Shown piece after piece: positions 8,814-16,217 of a stretch of 59,516 nt of DNA. The translations under genes and the position numbers were made by a program. The stretch comes from Chthoniobacteraceae bacterium. GTDB lineage: Bacteria; Verrucomicrobiota; Verrucomicrobiia; Chthoniobacterales; Chthoniobacteraceae. Location: the NCBI GenBank assembly GCA_031409335.1, contig JANNWY010000317.1, positions 1-59,516 of the forward strand, in the 5' to 3' direction. Positions within the stretch are counted from its first letter, which is position 1. The number at the start of each line of letters is the position of its first letter. The notes below the pieces were generated by a model, which was not told the DNA's origin, made no database searches, and saw nothing but the letters and a program-made list of their open reading frames with translations.

Positions 8814-9943
8814 CTGAGATTCCATTCAACCGCTCTTCACTTCAGGGACGTGAACTCGAATACATCTTTCAGACGATCACCGTCGGCCAGATCGCGGGGG
8901 ATCAGACGTTTTCAAAGAAGTGCCATGCCTTGCTCGAAAAGGCGCTTGGTGTGAAACGCGCGCTCATCACGACCTCCTGCACGCACGCTTTGGAGATGGC
9001 CAGCGTGCTGCTCGATTTTCAGCCCGGCGATGAGGTGATCGTGCCATCGTTCACTTTCGTTTCCACGCCAAATGCCTTCGTCCAGCGCGGGGCGCGACCC
9101 GTGTTTTGCGACGTGCGGAAAGACACGCTGAACCTCGATGAAACCCGGCTGGAGTCCCTCATCACCCCGCGCACGAAGGCAATCGTGCCGGTGCATTACG
9201 CGGGCGTGGCTTGCGAGATGGATGCCATCCTGGAAATCGCCGCGCGGCATGGCATCGCGGTGGTGGAAGACAATGCGCACGGCCTTTTCGGCAAATACAA
9301 AGGGCGCTACCTCGGCACGCTCGGCGCGCTGGGGACGCAGAGCTTTCACGAGACTAAGAACATCACCTGTGGAGAAGGCGGTGCGTTGCTGATCAATGAT
9401 GAACGCTATTGTGAGCGGGCCGAAATCATCCGGGAGAAGGGCACGAATCGCGCGCGGTTTTTCCGCGGACAGGTGGATAAATATTCATGGGTCGATGTGG
9501 GTTCGAGCTATGTGATGAGCGATGTGCTCGCCGCATTTCTTTACGGCCAGCTCGAGGTATGGCCAGGCATCCAGGCAAAGCGTCAGCGGCTGTGGGAACG
9601 CTACGACGCGGAACTCGGAGAGTGGGCGCGGGCGCAAGGCATCCGGCAACCCATCGTGCCCGCGCACTGCGAGCAGGCGTGGCATATGTATTACATCCTG
9701 CTGCCATCGCTCGCTGCGCGGCAGGCGCTGGTCGCGCATCTGCGGGCGCTCGGAGTCGCGGCAGTCTTTCACTATCTGCCGCTGCACCTTTCCGAATACG
9801 CCGCCCGCTGGGGTGGCAAGCCCGGCGACTGTCCGGTGACGGAAGACGTGAGCGACCGCCTGCTGCGGCTGCCGCTTTACAACCAACTGAGCGAAGATGA
9901 GCACGCGCGCATCATCAATGCTGTGACTGCATTCCAACTATAA
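8810..9943 (+). CDS. wecE: dTDP-4-amino-4,6-dideoxygalactose transaminase (DegT/DnrJ family)
   Basis: SCTHALEMA, VHYAGVACEMD, SFHETKN (PLP lysine), EKGTNR..FFRGQVDKYSW. Confidence 0.9.
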   Translation: MTEIPFNRSSLQGRELEYIFQTITVGQIAGDQTFSKKCHALLEKALGVKRALITTSCTHALEMASVLLDFQPGDEVIVPSFTFVSTPNAFVQRGARPVFCDVRKDTLNLDETRLESLITPRTKAIVPVHYAGVACEMDAILEIAARHGIAVVEDNAHGLFGKYKGRYLGTLGALGTQSFHETKNITCGEGGALLINDERYCERAEIIREKGTNRARFFRGQVDKYSWVDVGSSYVMSDVLAAFLYGQLEVWPGIQAKRQRLWERYDAELGEWARAQGIRQPIVPAHCEQAWHMYYILLPSLAARQALVAHLRALGVAAVFHYLPLHLSEYAARWGGKPGDCPVTEDVSDRLLRLPLYNQLSEDEHARIINAVTAFQL

Positions 9944-9951
9944 GACGAACC

Positions 9952-11277
9952 ATGAAACTTTTTGAGGATAACTCAGGCATTGCCACCGCGAACGAGCCAC
10001 TTCCGGCACCAGTGATTGTGCCACGAACAACTTCTGCAATCTGGATCGCCGCACTCTGTATTTTCGCGATCGGATGCTTTCTGCGGATCTACCCTTGGAT
10101 GGGTTTCAAAGGCATCGGTTTTGATGAAGCGCTCTATCGCGGATACGTCGAAGCGCTTCATGAACGCGGGTTCAGCGAGATGCCCGAAATCAGCGCCGCC
10201 TATCTTCAAGCGCAGACGGAAAGGGAGGGAGCAATCCTGCCACCCACTCGGTTTTTCTATATCGCCGCCGCGACGACGTGGCGGAACACTTTCTTCGCAG
10301 ATACACCCGCCGAGCCAAATCTCCGCGCGCCGGGGATCGCCAGGAAAGACCCTGCGTTTATCTCGCTCCGTAGCGTCTCGTGCATGTTCACGATCCTGAC
10401 GCTGATTGTTGGCGCGGTATTCGCGCGCCGACTTGGTGGTGACCGCGCGATGCTCGGGGTGCTCGCGTTGATGGCTTGTGCGCCGACTCAATTGCACATG
10501 GCGCAGCATGGTCTCATCGACGGCGTGTTCGCATTCTGGGCGCTGACCTGTGTCTGGCTGCTCTGGGAAAATCTTCACCGGCCCAACGACGGTCGCTGGC
10601 AGATGGCTTACGCCACGGCGCTCGCGATCATGGTTTTGACAAAGGAAAACGCGGCATTCGTCTATGTCGCGCTGTCCGGGCTTTTTCTTTTCGCACGGTG
10701 GCAGAAGTGGGGAGAAATCACGCGCCGACTCGTGCTGACCCACATCGTCGGCGCGCTGATCGGTGGCACCATCCTCACTGTGCTGGCCGGTGGCCCGCAG
10801 GAATGTCTTGCGATCTATCTCCTGCTGAAAGCCAAGGCGCAGACGATGCCATACGCCATCCGCACTGGTGACGGCCCGTGGTTTCGCTACCTCGTGGATC
10901 TGCTCTGCGCGTCACCGCTCACGCTGCTGCTCGCGATCGGCGCGATTTTTCACCTCACGAAAATCAAAAAGCCGCTGCTCTATCTGACCGCCTTCATCGG
11001 CGTCAGCTACGCGATGATGTGCAACGTGAAATACGGCATGAATCTGCGCTACACGAACATGTGGGACATGCCGCTGCGCCTGCTCGCGTTCACGCAGCTC
11101 GCCACATTTGCGTCGCGCTTCGGTCGCAGGGAAAACTTCGCGCTCGTCCTCGGCGTGATCGCTCTCGCCGCGATCGATTTACGCCAATACGACATCCTCT
11201 TCGTCCAGTTCGACAAAGACTACGAAATGGTCAGTGGCAATCTGCTGCACGCGCTGAAAATCCTGAAACTGAACTGA
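9952..11277 (+). CDS. GT-C fold (GT39-like) membrane glycosyltransferase
   Basis: GFDEALY acidic motif after TM1, LTKEN motif, multiple TM helices, RY motif. Confidence 0.7.
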   Translation: MKLFEDNSGIATANEPLPAPVIVPRTTSAIWIAALCIFAIGCFLRIYPWMGFKGIGFDEALYRGYVEALHERGFSEMPEISAAYLQAQTEREGAILPPTRFFYIAAATTWRNTFFADTPAEPNLRAPGIARKDPAFISLRSVSCMFTILTLIVGAVFARRLGGDRAMLGVLALMACAPTQLHMAQHGLIDGVFAFWALTCVWLLWENLHRPNDGRWQMAYATALAIMVLTKENAAFVYVALSGLFLFARWQKWGEITRRLVLTHIVGALIGGTILTVLAGGPQECLAIYLLLKAKAQTMPYAIRTGDGPWFRYLVDLLCASPLTLLLAIGAIFHLTKIKKPLLYLTAFIGVSYAMMCNVKYGMNLRYTNMWDMPLRLLAFTQLATFASRFGRRENFALVLGVIALAAIDLRQYDILFVQFDKDYEMVSGNLLHALKILKLN

Positions 11278-11327
11278 CGTTTCGCAGTTGCCGTTTGCGC
11301 GCGGCGTGGCGATAGCATCGCCCGCTC

Positions 11328-12377
11328 ATGATCACGCCCGACCAAGTCCGCACCCAGCTCGCCACCGTCAAATATCCCGGCTTCAGCCGCGACATCGTTT
11401 CCTTCGGCCTCGTGAAAGATGTGCGCATCGACGGTGCGGACGTGACCGTGCAAATGGCGCTCACGACCAATGACCCGCGCGTGCCGCAGGCGGTCAAGGA
11501 CGGCTCCGAAGCGGCTCTCGCACAGCTTTCCGGCGTGGGGAAAGTGACCGTCCGCATCGACATCCACGCGCCCGCGCAGACGCCCGCGGCGGCCGGCGGA
11601 GCGCCGATGGCGACGACCGCGATCCCCGGCGTGAAGCACGTCATCGCCGTCGCCAGCGGCAAAGGCGGCGTGGGAAAATCCACCGTCGCGGCAAATCTCG
11701 CGATCGCTTTGCAAAAGAACGGCGCGGCGGTCGGCCTGTGCGACTGCGATCTCTACGGGCCGTCGGTCGGCATCATGTTTGGCGCGAATGAACGCCCGAT
11801 GGCGACGGACGATCAGCGCATCATCCCGATCGAACGCTGCGATTTGAAGCTGATGTCGATGGGCTTCCTGCTCGATGACGCCGCGCCTGCGATCCTGCGC
11901 GGGCCGATGGTCACGAAATACACGCAGCAATTCTTACGGCAGGTCGAGTGGGGCGATCTCGACTACCTCGTGCTCGATCTCCCGCCCGGCACTGGCGACA
12001 TCCAGCTCACGATCGTGCAGACCGTCGCGCTCGCCGGAGCGGTCATTGTCACCACGCCGCAGGAAGTCGCGCTCATCGACGCGCGCAAGGCCGCGTCCAT
12101 GTTTCAAAAAGTAAACGTCCCCGTGCTCGGCCTCATCGAAAACATGTGCTACTTCCTCTGCCCGAGCGACGGCCAGCGTTACGACATTTTCGGCAGCGGC
12201 GGCGGCGAACGCGAAGCCGCCCGCCTCAAAGTCCCGCTGCTCGGCCAAATCCCGATCGACATCGCCACCCGCGAAGCCGGCGACCGCGGCCTCCCGATCA
12301 CCATCGGCGATCCGAAGAACGCCGTCGCGCTCGCCTTCCTCGACATCGCAAAAAAGCTCGGCGCGATCCTCGCGTAG
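11328..12377 (+). CDS. mrp: Mrp/ApbC Fe-S cluster carrier ATPase
   Basis: N-terminal MIP18-like domain, ASGKGGVGKST, DLPPGTGD, ENMCYFLCP. Confidence 0.95.
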   Translation: MITPDQVRTQLATVKYPGFSRDIVSFGLVKDVRIDGADVTVQMALTTNDPRVPQAVKDGSEAALAQLSGVGKVTVRIDIHAPAQTPAAAGGAPMATTAIPGVKHVIAVASGKGGVGKSTVAANLAIALQKNGAAVGLCDCDLYGPSVGIMFGANERPMATDDQRIIPIERCDLKLMSMGFLLDDAAPAILRGPMVTKYTQQFLRQVEWGDLDYLVLDLPPGTGDIQLTIVQTVALAGAVIVTTPQEVALIDARKAASMFQKVNVPVLGLIENMCYFLCPSDGQRYDIFGSGGGEREAARLKVPLLGQIPIDIATREAGDRGLPITIGDPKNAVALAFLDIAKKLGAILA

Positions 12378-12441
12378 CCGCATAGCCGTCCTTGCCCAAC
12401 ACGCGCTTGCCACGTCTAGCCGATGGCTATACAGACTCGGT

Positions 12442-12702
12442 ATGACTACGACACTGCAAGCTTGGGGCAACAGTCAGGGCGTTCGTTTGCCCAAAGCACT
12501 CCTCGCGGCGCTTCGTTTGGAAAATGGTGCCAGCCTTGAAATCGAACTGTCGCCCAAAAAGGACGCCATCATCGTGAAGCCTGCCAAACCAGCCTCGCGC
12601 GTCCGTGGCCGGCATCGCATCGAAGATTTAGCCGCCGCGATGCCCAAAGGATACAAAGCCGCTGAGTTTGCCTGGGGTGTGGACGGACGCGAGGTTTGGT
12701 AA
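12442..12702 (+). CDS. mazE: AbrB/MazE-type antitoxin
   Basis: WGNSQGVRLPK AbrB motif, C-terminal W...GREVW; TAATG overlap with the toxin. Confidence 0.9.
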   Translation: MTTTLQAWGNSQGVRLPKALLAALRLENGASLEIELSPKKDAIIVKPAKPASRVRGRHRIEDLAAAMPKGYKAAEFAWGVDGREVW

Positions 12703-13037
12703 TGGTCGCCTGCGTTCCCAAACAAGGCGATCTGGTAACGCTGGATTTCGATCCGCAGTCCGGCCACGAACAAAAAGGCCGACGCCCCGCGCTGGTGATC
12801 AGCAAGGACGCGTTCAACAAAGCCACTGGCATGGCGATCTGCTGCCCAATCACGAATACCGATCGCCACATCCCGTTTCACGTGCCGATCACCGGCCGCA
12901 CATCGCTGACGGGCTTCGTGATGTGCGAACACGTGAAGTCGCTCGATTTCCGCTCACGCCGCCTGAAATTGATCGAGCGCGCTCCGCAAGACGTGCTGGA
13001 GGATGTGCTCGCGATCGTGGACGCGTCGGTGTTTTGA
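12702..13037 (+). CDS. mazF: MazF/PemK endoribonuclease toxin
   Basis: GDLV.LDFDPQSGHEQKGRRPALVIS...FN..TG....CPIT, VKSLD. Confidence 0.92.
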   Translation: MVACVPKQGDLVTLDFDPQSGHEQKGRRPALVISKDAFNKATGMAICCPITNTDRHIPFHVPITGRTSLTGFVMCEHVKSLDFRSRRLKLIERAPQDVLEDVLAIVDASVF

Positions 13038-13153
13038 GATTGCCCGACAAGTCGAAGGCGCGGTCGAGACGGGTGGTGCTCGTTTGCATTTTCCATACAA
13101 TTTGCCCCGCTCTGCGACGAGTTTCCTTCGGCTTACCGAAGAAATCCTTTCGC

Positions 13154-13324
13154 CTAAATCCGGAATTGGAAGCCGCGGATTGCGCGGATTCAGAGGCACT
13201 TGCGACAAAGGCGACCCTCACCCATCGGGTGAACGTCTTGTTGGCGGTCATCGCGTTGCAAATCTCTCAATCCGCGTCAATCCGCGCAATCCGCGGTCAT
13301 CTTCATTCCCGGAATTGGGTTTAG
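13154..13324. repeat. Palindromic element with inverted 9-mer tandem repeats (MITE/REP-like)
   Basis: CCGCGGATTGCGCGGATT (13173-13190) is the exact reverse complement of AATCCGCGCAATCCGCGG (13279-13296). CCGGAATTGG occurs near both ends; the termini are CTAAA...TTTAG. Confidence 0.7.
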
Positions 13325-13357
13325 ACTACTGCACTCCCCACCGCACACGATTTGGCC

Positions 13358-13455
13358 ATGATCTTCGCTCCGCAGGTTCACGCGGCTACTTTCATCATCG
13401 CGAATAGCGCCGACTCCGGCGCGGGCTCGCTGCGCGCTGCGCTCGCCGCCGCTGC
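13358..13455 (+). pseudogene. Remnant N-terminus of a secreted/surface protein (DSGxGSLRxA motif)
   Basis: MIFAPQVHA-ATFIIANSADSGAGSLRAALAAA matches the mature N-terminus of many large secreted proteins, but the resemblance ends abruptly after ~33 codons. Confidence 0.6.
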
Positions 13456-13551
13456 GAAAAGAAACTTGACGGCATCCTTGCGCGATTTCCGTGCGTTTAC
13501 ATCAAAACGATTGACGCGCGCGCCGCGTTATAGAAATTCTCCCCAAGTATT

Positions 13552-13755
13552 ATGAGCAACACCACCGACGAAAATACCAACCTCGTCAAAGAATCTCTGC
13601 TCTATAAGGAATTCCTCATCGAGCGGGAGGAAATCCTCCGCCACAAGTGGATTCAGAGCGAAAAGGCTGGTTACGACATCGGCTTTGAAAAAGCACTCCT
13701 CGACTGGATCGTGAAACATCGCTCTGCCTGGCGCGACCAGCGGTATCATCCGTGA
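13552..13755 (+). CDS. Small DUF4032-like protein
   Basis: EEILRHKWIQSEKAGYDIGFEKALLDW motif. Confidence 0.8.
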   Translation: MSNTTDENTNLVKESLLYKEFLIEREEILRHKWIQSEKAGYDIGFEKALLDWIVKHRSAWRDQRYHP

Positions 13756-13780
13756 CATGATTCGCTGAACGCTTCAGCTC

Positions 13781-13820
13781 GGCTCCTTTAACGGCGATCC
13801 TGCGAGGTCACCAAGGAACC
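13781..13820 (+). ncRNA. PyrR-binding RNA element (cis-regulatory)
   Basis: GGCUCCUUUAACGGC-GAUC-CUGCGA-GGUC-ACCAAGGAACC: UUUAA bulge, CNGNGA hexaloop on a GAUC/GGUC stem, basal stem UCCUU/AAGGA; directly upstream of pyrR. Confidence 0.85.
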
Positions 13821-13822
13821 CA

Positions 13823-14377
13823 ATGACCACCCCCTCTCCCACTGCCCAAATCCTCCTCGATGCCCCTGCCATCGAGCGCGCCCTCCGGCGCATCGCGCAC
13901 GAAATCATCGAGCGCAATTCCGTTCTCAGCGAGATCGCGCTGATCGGCATCCCCTCGCGTGGCGTCGCCATCGCGCGGCGGCTCGCGGCTTTCATCGAGC
14001 AGTTTGAAAAAGTGCGCGTCGAATTTGGCAGTGTCGATGTCGCCATGCACCGCGACGATCTGCATCTGCGCGGGCGCCTTTCGCACGTCGCAAAAACGCA
14101 TCTCCCGCTAAAGCTCGAAGGCCGCACCATCATCCTCGTCGATGACGTCGCCTACACCGGCCGCACCTGCCGCGCCGCGATGGATGCGCTCTCGGACTTC
14201 GGGCGCCCCGCGCGCATCCAGTTTGCCGCGCTCATCGACCGCGGCCATCGCGAGCTCCCCATCCGCCCCGATTACGTCGGAAAAAACATCCCCACCGCGC
14301 TCATCGATCGCGTCTTCGTCCGCTTCGCCGAAGTCGATCCCGGCTTCGAGGACGGCGTGTGGGTGGAAAAGAAATGA
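13823..14377 (+). CDS. pyrR: Bifunctional pyr operon regulator / uracil phosphoribosyltransferase
   Basis: RALRRIAHEIIERN, ILVDDV.YTGRT.RAA, LIDRGHRELPIRPDYVGKN. Confidence 0.95.
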   Translation: MTTPSPTAQILLDAPAIERALRRIAHEIIERNSVLSEIALIGIPSRGVAIARRLAAFIEQFEKVRVEFGSVDVAMHRDDLHLRGRLSHVAKTHLPLKLEGRTIILVDDVAYTGRTCRAAMDALSDFGRPARIQFAALIDRGHRELPIRPDYVGKNIPTALIDRVFVRFAEVDPGFEDGVWVEKK

Positions 14378-14463
14378 CCAATGACCAATGACGCAATGAC
14401 CAATTTTCCCGCCCGCGCGCAGCGCCCAATCATTGGTCATTGGTCATTGTCCATTGGTCATTT
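14373..14463. repeat. Inverted heptamer tandem repeat (AATGACC)n ... (GGTCATT)n
   Basis: About four units on each arm around a GC-rich spacer; the first unit supplies the pyrR TGA stop. Confidence 0.9.
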
Positions 14464-14475
14464 CCCCCTCTGCGG

Positions 14476-15423
14476 ATGAGCACGCTCCCCGCCACGAACT
14501 GGACGCGCAAAGACCTCACCGGCATTGAGCCCCTGAGCACCGCCGAAATCGAAATGATCCTCGACACCGCCGCTGCTTTCAAAAGCGTGAGCGGACGCGA
14601 GATCAAGAAAGTGCCCGCCCTGCGCGGCAAAACACTCGTCAACTTTTTCGTCGAAGCCAGCACGCGCACGCGCACCTCATTCGAACTCGCCGCCGTCCGC
14701 CTCAGCGCCGACGTGGTGAACATTTCCGCGAGCACCTCCAGCCTCACCAAAGGCGAAACGCTCAAGGACACCGCCAAAGTTCTCGAAGCCAACTACGCTG
14801 ACATCATCGTCCTCCGCCACAGCTCCGCCGGTGCCTCGCAATTCCTCGCCGAGCGCCTCGACGCCAGCATCATCAACGCCGGCGACGGCGCGCACGAACA
14901 CCCGACGCAAGCCCTGCTCGACACCTTCACCATCCGCGAAAAGAAGGGCCGCATCGCTGGCCTGCACGTCGCCATCATCGGCGACATTTTGTTTTCCCGA
15001 GTCGCCCGCTCAAACATCCACGCGCTGCTGAAACTCGGCGCAAGAGTCACCCTCGTCGGCCCGAGCACGCTCGTCCCACGCGAGTTCGAGCAGATGGGTG
15101 TCGCCGTCACGCACGATCTCGACGCCGTGCTCCCCGAATTCGATGTCGTGAATCTCCTGCGCATCCAGCACGAGCGTCAGCGCAAGGAATATTTCCCGTC
15201 GCTCGGCGAATACACGTCGCTCTTCGGCCTCACCAAAGCCCGCGCCGAAAAACTCAAACCCGACGCCCTCATCATGCACCCCGGCCCGATCAACCGCGGC
15301 GTCGAAATCGACAGCGACCTCGCCGATAGCCGGCGCAGCGTCATCCTCGATCAAGTCACCAACGGCCTCGCCGTGCGCATGGGCGTGCTTTACCTCTGCG
15401 CCGGAGCGCGAATTGAAAAGTAA
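14476..15423 (+). CDS. pyrB: Aspartate carbamoyltransferase catalytic subunit
   Basis: [39 protein letters not shown]. Confidence 0.97.
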   Translation: MSTLPATNWTRKDLTGIEPLSTAEIEMILDTAAAFKSVSGREIKKVPALRGKTLVNFFVEASTRTRTSFELAAVRLSADVVNISASTSSLTKGETLKDTAKVLEANYADIIVLRHSSAGASQFLAERLDASIINAGDGAHEHPTQALLDTFTIREKKGRIAGLHVAIIGDILFSRVARSNIHALLKLGARVTLVGPSTLVPREFEQMGVAVTHDLDAVLPEFDVVNLLRIQHERQRKEYFPSLGEYTSLFGLTKARAEKLKPDALIMHPGPINRGVEIDSDLADSRRSVILDQVTNGLAVRMGVLYLCAGARIEK

Positions 15424-15456
15424 TGCCCGTCCGCCAATTCCAGATAAACTCCGCCC

Positions 15457-15714
15457 ATGAGCCTGACACTGGAACTCTCCGACGACATCGGTCACCGCCT
15501 CATCAGCGATCCCGAGCACGCGCAATCCGACGTACGGCGCGAACTCGCAATCGCCCTTTATCGCGAAGGCAAACTCCCACCCGGTCGCGCCGCCAGCGTC
15601 GCCGGAATGGATCGGTGGGATTTCGAGAAACTCCTCGTCGAGCGGAAAGTGCCAATGCCGTGGACGCGGGAGGACGTGGAAGAGGAAATCCAAAATGCCC
15701 TGCGTCGTTGCTGA
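15457..15714 (+). CDS. UPF0175 family putative antitoxin
   Basis: ELAIALYREGKL..GRAASVAG.DRWDF pattern; overlaps the downstream PIN gene. Confidence 0.85.
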   Translation: MSLTLELSDDIGHRLISDPEHAQSDVRRELAIALYREGKLPPGRAASVAGMDRWDFEKLLVERKVPMPWTREDVEEEIQNALRRC

Positions 15715-16213
15715 CACCTCGCCGCTTTTTTACCTCGCGAAGCTCGATCGTCTTACGCTGCTCCGCGACTTGTACGACCAAGTGTACGTGCCGGCTGAAG
15801 TGTGGCGCGAAACCCTCGCCGGATCGCAGGTCGCGCCGGAGCGCGCGCCACAATTTTCGACAGCAGTGACTGCCGGATGGCTCATCGTCTCTGCTGATGC
15901 TCCTGCTGCCACGGAACCGGAGATTTGCGCGCTAGATCCGGGCGAACGCGACGCGATTGCCCTCGCCCGGCACTTGCATTCGGAGTTGCTCATTATCGAT
16001 GCAAAACAGGGTCGCAGGGTCGCCATGCGATTTGGTTTGGCGGTGACAGGAACGCTCGGTGTCCTTTTGAACGCAAAGCAAAGAGGATGGATTTCTGCGT
16101 TGAAGCCCGAGTTGTTGAAACTCCGTGAGCAAACTGAGTTTCGTTTCTCGGTAGAATTGGAACAGCACGCCCTCCGGCTCGCCAATGAGTCCACACCGCC
16201 GCCATTCGCCTGA
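15695..16213 (+). CDS. PIN-domain / DUF3368 putative toxin
   Basis: VVADTSPL, VPAEVWRE, LDPGERDAI, IID...GR, VTGTLGVLL.AK. Confidence 0.88.
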   Translation: MPCVVADTSPLFYLAKLDRLTLLRDLYDQVYVPAEVWRETLAGSQVAPERAPQFSTAVTAGWLIVSADAPAATEPEICALDPGERDAIALARHLHSELLIIDAKQGRRVAMRFGLAVTGTLGVLLNAKQRGWISALKPELLKLREQTEFRFSVELEQHALRLANESTPPPFA

Positions 16214-16217
16214 TTTT

